From Tubiluchus corallicola (Eukaryota; Animalia; Priapulida), in the NCBI GenBank assembly GCA_030141605.1, contig JAQGDQ010001458.1, forward strand, positions 1-40,129: 40,129 nt of DNA, in the 5' to 3' direction. Both the position numbers and the translations under genes were made by a program. The notes under the pieces were generated by a model that was given only the letters and a program-made list of their open reading frames with translations, was not told where the DNA came from and searched no databases. How positions within the stretch are numbered: position 1 is the stretch's first letter; every line of letters starts with the position of its first letter. This document shows, in pieces, positions 1-11,836 of the stretch.

Positions 1-41
1 TAAAGGGAAAAATTTCGATACGTGATTTCAGTGTTCTAGTA

Positions 42-395
42 TTAATGTTAATGTCAATGTCAATATCAGTATCAAAGTTTACATTGATGTTAATGTTAAC
101 GTTAATGTTGATGTTAATGTAACGTTAATGTTGATTTTAATGTTAATGTTAATGTTAATGTTAATGTTAATGTTAATGTTAATGTTGATGTTAATGTTAA
201 TGTTAATGTTAATGTTAATGTTAACGTTAATGTTGATGTTAATGTTAACGTTAATGTTGATTTTAATGTTGATGTTAATGTTAATGTTAATGTTAATGTT
301 AATGTTAATGTTAATGTTTTTTAATGTTGATGTTAATGTTAACGTTAATGTTGAAGTTAATGTTAACGTAATGCTGATGTTATTGTAATGCTGTT
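42..395. repeat. (TTAATG)n hexamer microsatellite, degenerating into GTT/GAT-rich low complexity to about 600
   Basis: Direct tandem AATGTT units; explains the poly-ML ORF 128..388. Confidence 0.95.
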
Positions 396-601
396 AATGT
401 TAGCATTGATATGGATGTAGATGTTAAAGTTCGTGCTTACACTGATGTTATGGGTGGTGTTGACATCGCCATTGCTGATGTTGATGTTGCTGTAGTTGCT
501 GATGTTAATATCGGTGTTGCTGCCATTGATGGTGATGTTTTGTTCCTGGTGTTGTTAAAGCTGTTGTCGATGCGACATGTTCATGTTAATGTTTACGTTA
601 A

Positions 602-1050
602 CCCTTTCAGTCCCAAGTTATTTTTTAATAAGAATTTTTTTTTGGCTTGGCACTTTTGTTCAGTATGTCCATCTTGTTTACACATAATAATAATTTTTTT
701 CTACCTGTGCCCGCGTGCTAAATATAGCCTGTATCCCACGGGATACATTGGGATTCAATGGAAGCATAAAATGTGCTTCATTTTGCAATTGCTGATAATT
801 TTTTAAAGTATTTAAGACATCTAGATTGCTGATCTGTACAAAGTCGTCTCTAAGGTACTGTACCTTGCGCAGTTTTTTATGCAATGTAGATTTTCTAGTT
901 TGCCATTTTATCACCATTTTTAGTTTCTTGTTATTGGCTTAAATCAAAATAACAATTAACAGATCAAATAACTGTCAGTTTTAAAATTTTATTAATTTTA
1001 AAGGCAGAAAATATTCTGGTATCCCACGGGATACAACGGGTATGAAATGG
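602..1050 (+). mobile_element. piggyBac-type MITE, copy 1
   Basis: TTAA on both sides (598-601, 1051-1054); termini CCCTTTCA / TGAAATGG; near-identical copies at 19856-20306 and 30040-30509. Confidence 0.85.
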
Positions 1051-1180
1051 TTAATGTTGTAAATTTCATCAGTTGTTGAAACTGCAGTGTTTTGTAACTT
1101 TTTGTTATTTTACGTGTAACGGGAGCTAATAAACTGTAAACACTAGTGTAAGTGACGTATAATAAACTAATCCTGCATAC

Positions 1181-1346
1181 TTAAGAAATCCCATGTCTGT
1201 GGCAATCTTTTTTGCATGTTTGCTGCTTCCATCATCTGTCGCACCATAGAAGACAAGGTCAGACGTCTGCATGTCTGGTTTCTCTCGCCTAAATTTCTCT
1301 TCGAATGCGTCTGGATTCATGTTCAGGGCGTCATCAAGACTTGCAA
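1181..1346 (-). CDS. Rhodanese-domain protein (TSTD/Hsp67B2-like), coding exon 3; gene continues beyond the window start
   Basis: tgaag|TT...CTTAA|gtatgc; translates (L)ASLDDALNMNPDAFEEKFRREKPDMQTSDLVFYGATDDGSSKHAKKIATDMGFL, matching the central part of single-domain animal rhodaneses; phase 1 join to exon 4369-4491. Confidence 0.8.
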
Positions 1347-1404
1347 CTTCATACAGAAAAACGTACATGAGTGAAACAGCGTGTTCATACGTCTGGTCAT
1401 GCAA

Positions 1405-3463
1405 TTGTTGGTCGGTCGGTTAGTCAGTCTGTTAGTCTATAAATTAGCCACTATAGTTTCGATGCATTAGATTTTACTTGAAACAAAAACTTCAGTAATG
1501 TAAGATTGTTTTAAGACTTAGAATTATCCGATCATGTAGTTGTTGGTCGGTCGGTTAGTCAGTCCGTTAGTATATAAATTAGCCACTACAGTTTCGATGC
1601 ATTAGATTTTACTTGAAACAAAGCCTTCAGCAATGTAAGATTGTTTTATGTCTTAGAATTATCTGATCCTGTAGTTGTTGGTTGGTCAGTTAGTCAGTCC
1701 GTTAGTCTATAAATTAGCCACTGTAGTTTCGATGCATTAGATTTTACTTGAAACAAAAACTTCAGTAATGTAAGATTGTTTTAAGACTTAGAATTATCCG
1801 ATCATGTAGTTGTTGGTCGGTCGGTTAGTCAGTCCGTTAGTCTATAAATTAGCCACTGTAGTTTCGATGCATTAGATTTTACTTGAAACAAAAACTTCAG
1901 TAATGTAAGATTGTTTTAAGACTTAGAATTATCCGATCATGTAGTTGTTGGTCAGTCGGTTAGTCAGTCTGTTAGTCTATAAATTAGCCACTATAGTTTC
2001 GATGCATTAGATTTTACTTGAAACAAAAACTTCAGTAATGTAAGATTGTTTTAAGACTTAGAATTATCCGATCATGTAGTTGTTGGTCGGTCGGTTAGTC
2101 AGTCCGTTAGTCTATAAATTAGCCATTATGGTTTCGATGCATTAGATTTTACTTGAAACAAAAGCTTCAGCAATATATGATTGTTTTAAGACTTATAATT
2201 ATCTGATCATGTAGTTGTTGGTCGGTCGGTCAGTCAGTCCGTTAGTCTATAAATTGGCCACTGTAGTTTCGATGCATTAGATTTTACTTGAAACAAAAGC
2301 TTTAGCAATATATGATTGTTTTAAGACTTATAATTATCTGATCATGTAGTTGTTGGTCGGTTAGTCAGTCCGTTAGTCTATAAATTAGCCACTATAGTTT
2401 CGATGCATTAGATTTTACTTGAAACAAAAGCTTCAGTAACGTAAGATTGTTTTAAGACTTAGAATTATCCGATCATGTAGTTGTTGGTCGGTCGGTTAGT
2501 CAGTCCGTTAGTCCATAAATTAGCCACTATAGTTTCGATGAGTTAGATTTTACTTGAAACAAAAGCTTCAGCAATGTAAGACTGTTTTAAGACTTATAAT
2601 TATCTGATCATGTAGTTGTTGGTCGGTCGGTTAGTCAGTCCGTTAGTCTATAAATTGGCCACTGTAGTTTCGATGCATTAGATTTTACTTGAAACAAAAG
2701 CTTTAGCAATATATGATTGTTTTAAGACTTATAATTATCTGATCATGTAGTTGTTGGTCGGTTAGTCAGTCCGTTAGTCTATAAATTAGCCACTATAGTT
2801 TCGATGCATTAGATTTTACTTGAAACAAAAGCTTCAGTAACGTAAGATTGTTTTAAGACTTAGAATTATCTGATCATGTAGTTGTTGGTCGGTCGGTTAG
2901 TCAGTCCGTTAGTCCATAAATTAGCCACTATAGTTTCGATGAGTTAGATTTTACTTGAAACAAAAGCTTCAGCAATGTAAGACTGTTTTAAGACTTATAA
3001 TTATCTGATCATGTAGTTGTTGGTCGGTCGGTTAGTCAGTCCGTTAGTCTATAAATTGGCCACTGTAGTTTCGATGCATTAGATTTTACTTGAAACAAAA
3101 GCTTTAGCAATATATGATTGTTTTAAGACTTATAATTATCTGATCATGTAGTTGTTGGTCGGTCGGTTAGTCAGTCCGTTAGTCTATAAATTAGCCACTA
3201 TAGTTTCGATGCATTATATTTTACTTGAAACAAAGCTTCAGCAATGTAAGATTGTTTTAAAACTTAGCATTATCTGATCATGTAGTTGTTGGTCGATCGG
3301 TTAGTCAGTCCCGTTAGTGTATAAATTAGCCACTATAGTTTCGATGCATTATATTTTACTTGAAACAAAAACTTCAGTAATGTAAGATTGTTTTAAGACT
3401 TAGAATTATCTGACCATGTAGTTGTTGGTCGGTCGGTTAGTCAGTCCGTTAGTCTATAAATTA
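1405..3463. repeat. 135-bp tandem satellite, about 15 copies, in the rhodanese intron
   Basis: Unit starts TTGTTGGTCGGTCGGTTAG at 1405, 1540, 1675, 1810, 1945, 2080, 2215, 2350, 2481, 2616, 2751, 2882, 3017, 3152, 3286, 3422. Confidence 0.97.
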
Positions 3464-3590
3464 GGATTATCAAGTATTATAAGGCTTACACTTACACGTG
3501 TTTGCCCTGCTCAAGACCAATAAAATAAACAAAACAGAGTCATGACGTGTGTGAATAATGTCATGTCTCATTCACTTTATAGTTTTCGAT

Positions 3591-4230
3591 CAGGGCCGGA
3601 ACTAGATGTGGCAAGCGGGGGGGGGGGGGGTTGGGGGGCGCAAAAATTTTCTGAGAGGGGGCGAGGTATCCGAAGTGGTTAAATAATGGTTAAGCCAATT
3701 TTTAACCTCTTTTATACTGCATGCAGGCCTATAATTAGCATATGTGTAGGACGGCGTGGCAGACAAAGCAATAATGAGAAAATTAACTCTCAGTTAACCT
3801 AACGTTATTAATGTGCCTCTAACTGAATTGTTATTTACAGAAATTTATCACACACAAGTTTTAAGAAAATAATACGCAGGAAATAATGTCAAAATGAAAT
3901 GTGGAACGATACTTCCTTGGACAAAAAAGTCTAAAGTTTTCAAAAAGTCTCAAATGTTGGCCTGTTGGCCTGTTGGCCTGTGTGTAGAGCCTGTGACTGT
4001 GTGTGGTCCCTGTAGGCCTACACTGTGATAGGCACCTCTGTGCACACTGAGTTTTGTCTGCACGCACACTGAAGCTACCAAACATTTTTTTACCTAATTC
4101 TAATTCATATTGAAAATGATTACATGCGAACTGCAATTTTCACTGCAAAAAAACTCATTTGTCCGATTTTGCAGGGGGCGCAAATTTTGACAGGGCCCCC
4201 CTCGCCCCGCCCCCCCTAGTTCCGCCCCTG
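3591..4230. mobile_element. hAT-type non-autonomous DNA transposon inserted in an older small inverted-repeat element (about 3494-4266)
   Basis: TIRs CAGGGCCGGAACTAG / CTAGTTCCGCCCCTG; perfect 8-bp TSD TTTTCGAT (3583-3590, 4231-4238); outer imperfect IR CACGTGTTTGCCCTGCTCAAG / CCTGAGCAGGAACAAGTACGTG. Confidence 0.88.
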
Positions 4231-4368
4231 TTTTCGATGAAACCCTGAGCAGGAACAAGTACGTGTTTGGTACGCGAAGAAAATTGTTATAGCCCTACTT
4301 TTTTTGCACTACTTTCGGCACAAATCTGAAATTTACCGCAAAAATTTATCTAAATTAATGCAACGTAC

Positions 4369-4491
4369 GTGGAATATTTATGGATTTAGGGATCCCTCCG
4401 GTTGTCCTCACTTCCTGTTGCGGTCTAATGTCAATCAACACCAGGTGTTTGTTATGTTCGATGTGTGCTTCTAAGTCTAATACAGCTATAC
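4369..4491 (-). CDS. Rhodanese-domain protein, coding exon 2
   Basis: ttctatag|GT...CCAC|gtacgt; translates (G)IAVLDLEAHIEHNKHLVLIDIRPQQEVRTTGGIPKSINIP, the rhodanese LIDVR..E...G.IP.SINIP motif; not in the ORF track. Confidence 0.85.
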
Positions 4492-5124
4492 CTATAGAAT
4501 TGCAAGAGAAAGCACGTGGCTGAAGTTAAGCAACAGCGAACCTGGTTAGTAGCTGTATGGCTTACTGTAATGGCTCAATACTTCTTCCTGGTGGTTACTT
4601 TTGTCATACCGTACAGCAATTGTGTATACCCATCCAAACGTGGCCAAAAAACTTCTACCGGTAAATCAAAGCAATTATCCGCAAAAGCGATAGTGGGCAA
4701 GATACCAGTTCCGCCGCAACTGGCTATATTAAGTAGGCTTCTCGTTGAATGACTGAATCCCGGTTTTTGGAATACCGAATTCTATAAAAAGCGTTGTGTG
4801 AATCAATGGTATATGTGTGAATCAATATTCCCACCTTGTGTGAATCAATGGTAAGCCCACGTGTGAGGATCACTAGAACGTATGCTACTTGTTGATTAGA
4901 CAAAATGCTCGTACCAGGTGGTGCAAAAATTGCATTAAGTACACTACATTGAGTTTCAATGCGAAACATACGTGCGTTCATATATACTGTGAACTACCAC
5001 TTGTGGTACTACTACTTGGCAAAACTGCACAGGATAGAACTACCGCACAGCCTGCACGGCCTGCACAGACCGCACAACATTGAGGATTTAGACGACAGAA
5101 GACATGCAGCCAAATAGGTTTCTA

Positions 5125-5230
5125 ACTACTACTACTACCACTACGACGACGACGACGACGACTACTACTGCTACTACTACTACTACTACTACTACTGCTA
5201 CTACTACTTCTACTGCTGCTGCTACTGCTG
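5125..5230. repeat. (ACT)n/(ACG)n/(GCT)n trinucleotide microsatellite
   Basis: Direct; explains the poly-T and poly-V ORFs. Confidence 0.95.
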
Positions 5231-5297
5231 TCCCTATACTAAAACACTCGGAAAATAAAATCTGCTCTGACGCCCTTAAAAACATTGGAAGGTTTAC

Positions 5298-5364
5298 CTG
5301 CTCCACTTTTCGTCTTCCTTCTGTGAACTTCTTCGCTGAGACTTCTTCCCTCTAGCGTGCTCAT
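5298..5364 (-). CDS. Rhodanese-domain protein, probable first coding exon
   Basis: Acceptor tttttcttcctatag at 5374/5373; ATG at 5364; MSTLEGRSLSEEVHRRKTKSGA+G|gtaaac, phase 1 matching the next exon. Confidence 0.6.
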
Positions 5365-5635
5365 GATGCCCTCTATAGGAAGAAAAATCTCCTAGCTTAA
5401 CTCCTAAACACGACAGTGAAACTTAAACGTTATAATATTGCATTTAGTTGCCGAATAAAACAAAATTGTGAAATTACAGTTATTGTGAATTTAAAATTAG
5501 TGAAATTACATAAACGCAAAAGACTGCAGATGAATAAGTTTGAAAACTGAAAAGTTTGCGTTTGTCTCATATCGTAATTTCAGTTACACGTAATCCTGTT
5601 TGAATCCTGTTTTGGAAAATCACAATTAAACTAAC

Positions 5636-5840
5636 CTTATTCTAGTCTAAACGTCCCGCAGAAAATCCTTTAAACTCATTCCTACGGTGCATATCTGTCT
5701 GGTAGTGCACACATCCCAGGTAGCCATGCAAACCCTCAGCCTTTTCAACACTTCTAGACAAATTCCCGCTACCTGGTAACGATGTCTATGACGTCAAATG
5801 ACGCGTGTTTCCTATGACTCCGTCCATAGAGGACGCGCAG
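5636..5840 (-). promoter_or_regulatory. Putative 5' UTR exon and promoter of the rhodanese gene, with a palindromic CRE
   Basis: Donor AAG|gttagt at 5636/5635; locally CpG-richer; TGACGTCA at 5789-5796 and a TGACG half-site just after. Confidence 0.4.
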
Positions 5841-6611
5841 AACTGTTGTCACAATTTTTTTGAAGATTTCTCAACAACGTGTGCAGCAAAAACTTAGTTT
5901 CGCATAGAAACCGCGTTTTTTTACACGAGGACAGCTAACTTCATATCAGTGTTTCAATTCCTTTACAGGTTGCATTCTGTACAAATTAAGATTACTAGCT
6001 TTACCAATACTAGCTCATTTTTATTAAAGTTACTTCTAATCACTTCACATTTTGAGAATGCAGGTATTTAATAATTTTAAGTGTATTCTTTTTTGTTTAC
6101 TCGTTTTCATTATATAAATATCACTATTGCATTATTAAAACAAAAAGTTGTCTGTAAGATAAATGAGTAGTTGAATAACTAGAAATAAATAAAATAAGAA
6201 TGTGAGAAAATAACTATTTTGTCTTGATCAGGTATGCGCGTGCTCTTCGTGCAAGCGTATAAAATGCTTGTTAATGCTGCAGAAGGACTCCAATTCAGTC
6301 TGCTGCAGGTTTACTTTATATTGATAAACGTTTTGCAGCGTTTGCAACATAAAAAAGTTTTGTGTGATCTTTCTAATTATTGTGGAGTATAGATTATGAA
6401 TACGCCCAATTGCTGTGCGTAAGAGCCGAATGTTGCCTAGTGCCGCCATCTGGCAACGAAAATAATACGAAAAAGATGTCTTTGAAACATAATTTTGTGC
6501 TGAATTTTGTTAACTAATGTTCGCTAACAGAAAGAATGCAGCAGTTAAATCTTATGGTAAATTCTGCAAAGAATCCTGATGAAAAACAAAACAGGTTTCC
6601 ATTTGCATCAA

Positions 6612-8270
6612 GTGGCAAATTCCTCATGAAGAGGAGTCTAGGTCTTCTAGCTGGCAGCAAATTCCTCATGAAGAGGAGTCTAGGTCTTCTAGCTGGCGGC
6701 AAATTCCTCATGAAGAGGAGTCTAGGTCTTCTAGCTGGCAGCAAATCCCTCATGAAGAGGAGTCTAGGTCTTCTAGCTGGTGGCAAATTCCTCATGAAGA
6801 GGAGTCTAGGTCTTCTAGCTGGCAGCAAATTCCTCATGAAGAGGAGTCTAGGTCTTCTAGCTGGTAGCAAATCCCTCATGAAGAGGAGTCTAGGTCTTCT
6901 AGCTGGTGGCAAATTCCTCATGAAGAGGAGTCTAGGTCTTCTAGCTGGCGGCAAATTCCTCATGAAGAGGAGTCTAGGTCTTCTAGCTGGCGGCAAATTC
7001 CTCATGAAGAGGAGTCTAGGTCTTCTAGCTGGCAGCAAATTCCTCATGAAGAGCAGTCTAGGTCTTCTAGCTGGTAGCAAATTCCTCACGAAGAGGAGTC
7101 TAGGTCTTCTAGCTGGCAGCAAATTCCTCACGAAGAGGAGTCTAGGTCTTCTAGCTGGTAGCAAATCCCTCATGAAGAGGAGTCTAGGTCTTCTAGCTGG
7201 TGGCAAATTCCTCATGAAGAGGAGTCTAGGTCTTCTAGCTGGCAGCAAATTCCTCATGAAGAGGAGTCTAGGTCTTCTAGCTGGCAGCAAATTCCTCATG
7301 AAGAGGAGTCTAGGTCTTCTAGCTGGCAGCAAATTCCTCATGAAGAGGAGTCTAGGTCTTCTAGCTGGTGGCAAATTCCTCATAGGGCTTGCAATTCCCG
7401 AAAGAGGTCTTCTGAAGAACCTCCATGAAGAGGAGTCTAGGTCTTCTAGCTGGCAGCAAATTCCTCATGAAGAGGAGTCTAGGTCTTCTAGCTGGTAGCA
7501 AATTCCTCATGAAGAGGAGTCTAGGTCTTCTAGCTGGTGGCAAATTCCTCATGAAGAGGAGTCTAGGTCTTCTAGCTGGCAGCAAATTCCTCATGAAGAG
7601 GAGTCTAGGTCTTCTAGCTGGTGGCAAATTCCTCATGAAGAGGAGTCTAGGTCTTCTAGCTGGCAGCAAATTCCTCATGAAGAGGAGTCTAGGTCTTCTA
7701 GCTGGTGGCAAATTCCTCATGAAGAGGAGTCTAGGTCTTCTAGCTGGCAGCAAATTCCTCATGAAGAGGAGTCTAGGTCTTCTAGCTGGTGGCAAATTCC
7801 TCATGAAGAGGAGTCTAGGTCTTCTAGCTGGCAAGGAGTCAGCCTAGCTGGCGGCAAATTCCTCATGAAGAGGAGTCTAGGTCTTCTAGCTGGCAGCAAA
7901 TTCCTCATGAAGAGCAGTCTAGGTCTTCTAGCTGGTAGCAAATTCCTCACGAAGAGGAGTCTAGGTCTTCTAGCTGGCAGCAAATTCCTCACGAAGAGGA
8001 GTCTAGGTCTTCTAGCTGGTGGCAAATTCTTCATGAAGAGGAGTCTAGGTCTTCTAGCTGATGGCAAATTCCTCATGAAGAGGAGTCTAGGTCTTCTAGC
8101 TGGCGGCAAATTCCTCATGAAGAGGAGTCTAGATCTTCTAGCTGATGGCAAATTCCTCATGAAGAGGAGTCTAGGTCTTCCAGCTGATGGCAAATTCCTC
8201 ATGAAGAGGAGTCTAGGTCTTCTAGCTGGTGGCAAATTCCTCATGAAGAGGAGTCTAGGTCTTCCAGCTG
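6612..8270. repeat. 42-bp minisatellite, about 38-39 copies, interrupted near 7384-7420 and 7833-7845
   Basis: Unit AAATTCCTCATGAAGAGGAGTCTAGGTCTTCTAGCTGGYRGC repeated head to tail with no unique spacers; source of ORFs 6514-8329. Confidence 0.97.
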
Positions 8271-9249
8271 CCATCAAATATCTCATGTTTTACTTTGCTT
8301 ACCAAACGTTTAGTTTAGGGAGTCTATAGATCTAAACATATTAAAAAAGTTTCAATATTGAAAAGCTTCTCAAACAAATTCTTTTCGGAATATTTATTAT
8401 CTTATAAATTGTCAATGCAAACCATAATTTTGCACAATTATTACGCCATTTCCAGTTAAAATATTCTGACAAGATTGATAAAAAATGATCAGAAGAGAGA
8501 TGGAGAATCCTATAACGTTACAGCAAGCAAGCAAAATAAAATCACTGCCACCTGGTGGTGATAATCTGCGATAGAACAATGTACCTTAAAGCATCAAAAC
8601 GGTTAAAACATTACAATAACCGAGACTAAGACAAATGTACAAAAATTTGGTCATCCCTTGCAAACTAAACGTCTGCAATATGTTAATATTAAACTATCTA
8701 TATCTCATAATTATACTTATATTATGCATATCTAGTGTTAGATACAGTTTTATATTTGATATTATTTCCTAAGTGAGAGTTCGTTCTGTCCATTTTCCCC
8801 AAAAAGAATGAACTTCGTAAAGGGGTAAATAAAAAATAAACAACAATAACAATAAATTGGTATAACACGTATACTAGTGTTCAAGCTATCTAAAAATAAT
8901 TGTATAACAAAGTATAATAATCTTTAAAATGGCTAGAGTTTCAAGTAGATGATTAGAACAACTTTAGAAATTTAAAACAATATAGGTGTGACTGATCAAT
9001 CTACTGTAAAAGTATCGTAAAAATTTTCAGTACTTTTTATTCAGAGACTATTTCACTATAATTAAACTTCAACACATGACGAATGAAAAGAGAAAGCCAG
9101 ATGGAGCAAAATAAAAACCAAAGCAGCAGCTTGACACAGACAAATCAGGAAAATCCATTCCTGCATTAAATCATTTCTTTCTTCAGTAGAAACATTTGAT
9201 ATACTTGATTGCTCTTTGAAAAACTAGTTGTCACAAAAAGCGCTTAAAA

Positions 9250-9731
9250 CAGGGGTGTGCAAATTATCTGACCAGCCGGGCCACATTAAACTTTCCCGCA
9301 ATTCCTGCGGGCACAGGCAGTTTGATCAAGGAGCCAAGTACAGAAAGGCCTAATAACGATTTTTTTTGCATCCGACCTGCTTACATCATTACTACTACAG
9401 TCAAGAAACTATTTTAGAAGTTATTAAAATTTATATTACAAACCATATATTTCTACTTTCAGGACAGGTAGTGGTAATTTCATTACAATGCATATTAGTA
9501 ATGTGTATCACACAGTCTGTGTAGTACAGCGTTATTAAGCTACAACCGTCTTGTAAGGGTTAATGGCATCCGATCTAGTAGAAAAAACTACCCGCACTAT
9601 TTTTGGGATCGTGGCACGGACATCAGCTGGATACACTCAATTAATCGCCCGGGTCGCACTTTCATTAGGTTGACAAATCTCTTCGCCGGCCGCACAAATT
9701 CTCTCGGCGGGCCGCAATTTGCACACCCCTG
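9250..9731 (+). mobile_element. hAT-type MITE family A, copy 1
   Basis: TIRs CAGGGGTGTGCAAA / TTTGCACACCCCTG; TSD GCTTAAAA/GCTTAAAC; four more copies in the window. Confidence 0.9.
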
Positions 9732-10685
9732 GCTTAAACGGTAGAACAATTTTACACAATACAATGGTCAAAAATTAAGATACGCTATAAAAGACAGCAA
9801 TTTTCAGTCAGTGGTTGAGATGGTCACAGAACAAAACAAGTTCTCCTAGCAACAAGCGTATACAGTAAGTACAATTTTGAACAGCGTAAACTGTTACTAT
9901 CTTACATATTATATACAGGAATCATGTATGTACACGATGCATACTAGATTTAGTATCTTTGTTATTGTAAAGCTAAATAAATAAACAAGATCGTTAATAG
10001 TTCTACATAAATAATCGATATCTAGTTTAACTATTTCCCTATACTCAGCATGTAAGTAAATATACATTAGATATTAGCAGACTGCTAAGCAAGTATATAT
10101 ACTACTTTATTATTGTTTATTTGCTACCTAGTATCACAATACTTACAACATAGGTATAGAAATAATGATTGCCATTATATCTTGCTGAAAACTGCCACAA
10201 ACAACCAACATATGCAAATAAATTTTTGTGTAAATGCTTTACAAACTTGCTGAAACAAAAAAAGCACAACAACAGTGTAACAGTTCGGGCATTTCAGCCA
10301 CCAAAACCAACAACAAGCAGTTAATGTAGTGCCATAACGCACAACGCATACTGCTCAACCGTATGTTGCACGTATGCAAGCAAAAACAACAAAAAACTGC
10401 AAATTTATTTTAATTTCAGGCAAAATCACAAACCTCTGCAGTTTCATGAATGAAAAATCGCCCATTAAGCATTTCTAACACAATCTCATTGCACTGTACA
10501 GAGCTGCTAAACAAATCATTCTTTCGCGGCACTTACCATCCAGTTGCTAAGATCTCTCAATTATTGCCAGTTCAGCATTTGCTGCAAAGATTTCCCAATT
10601 ATTGCCAGAGCAGGAGAACATAAAATCTATAAGCATGACACAAATTTCAAAGAAAACACGTGCTTTGTAGCTTATCATGCAACTA

Positions 10686-11113
10686 TCAGAAATTCTGAGC
10701 AAGATGTTCATGATATGGCGGCTGGTTTGGCCCATAGTTCCAGTCTTTTTGCGAATAACTCTGCTGTGCACTGCTGCGCGGCTGCCACGCCGACGAGGAA
10801 AGTTGCTGATGCTGCGGAGTTGTACGATTGGATTGCGAATGGTGCGGTACTGATGTTGAAGGAATATAGCCAACTGAATTAGAATGCTGCTGCAAAGACG
10901 GTCTCTCAGTAGTGTAATCATACGGCATGTCGTCATGGTAACGCTGGTCGCTGGGGTAATCAGATGCATTGCCAATGAGACGAGCTTTTTCGCTCTCATA
11001 GTTCCACTGGTAATAATCGTTGTCACGGCGATTTACGTTTGGAGAGCTGTGACTGATGGGACCGTTTGTCAGACTCGTTGTCGATCCAGTCTTTTGCTGC
11101 GAGACAAGTTTCT
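10686..11113 (-). CDS. Magi: Magi terminal coding exon (low-complexity C-terminal tail, stop at 10686-10688)
   Basis: cttacag|AG acceptor, phase 1; (Q)KLVSQQKTGSTTSLTNGPISHSSPNVNRR...MPYDYTTERP...YHEHLAQNF*; continuous with ORF 10686..10928. Confidence 0.8.
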
Positions 11114-11587
11114 CTGTAAGATTTTAAGCAAAAGATGTTTAAACATTCAGTTAAACAGTACTTTCTTTTATGTAAATGAGAATCTAACTGTTATCAAAAT
11201 GTTATGAATGAGAAAAATGTAATTTAACTTTTAATCATAATTATGAACTGACAGTTTCAGTTTTAAGTCAGTTTCAGTTTCAATACTTGGATGTATTACT
11301 AACAGTTTTTCCAATCGATTATTTGTACACAATTTCATCTAGTACCTTTTGCCACTTTTGCACCACATATAACACAATGCTTTTTGATGTAAACTTCAAA
11401 GATAAAAACCAAATGCGTAAACAAAAAATGGTTTTCTGAACCCACATTGTAAACTACACATTCACCACAATAGGCATTAAAGCTTTTAATTTTAGTTAAA
11501 TATGCAAAATATTGAAACAATATGAAAAAGGTTCAGCGAGTGGTTGTATATTAAAAAATTTTGTCTATGAAAGATTCCGATACTCAC

Positions 11588-11726
11588 GGAGCTCGGCCGG
11601 TGATAAGGTGCCTCTGCGCAACAATAACCGCACGAACGTACCACCTTGTCTGATAATTTCTATTGCTTCTGCGTGACTCATGCCTTTTGTGTTACAGCCA
11701 TTTATTTCAATTATTTCATCTCCCAC
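11588..11726 (-). CDS. Magi: Magi exon, C-half of the last PDZ domain
   Basis: ttctag|GTG...CTCC|gtgagt; [46 protein letters not shown]. Confidence 0.93.
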
Positions 11727-11836
11727 CTAGAAATGCAAAAAGATCATCAGAAAACCATGCACAGCAAAAATTTCGAATCGATTAATTTTGAATTTGGGTC
11801 ACAGTAACTAGTTTCTTTTTTATTATAAGTTGCATG

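Noticed and set aside
1450-1500. Hammerhead ribozyme in the 135-bp satellite (minus strand CTGAAG...CGAAAC) or in the scar at about 7400
   Set aside because: The satellite core reads CTGAAGT/C rather than CTGANGA, and the required stems cannot be formed in either case.
6228-6449. 73-aa ORF starting cagATGGCGGC, resembling a mitochondrial targeting peptide or rhodanese first exon
   Set aside because: I found no convincing phase-compatible donor and no recognisable domain; a better first coding exon exists at 5364-5298.
6612-8270. CRISPR array or genuine repeat-protein gene
   Set aside because: Units are contiguous with no unique spacers, there are no cas genes and the context is eukaryotic. 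The ORFs follow from a 42-nt unit lacking stops in some frames.
10544-11207. Overlapping ORFs 10544-10882 (+), 10547-11026 (-), 10884-11207 (+)
   Set aside because: Shadow frames of the Magi terminal exon; only the frame ending at 10686 is splice-compatible.
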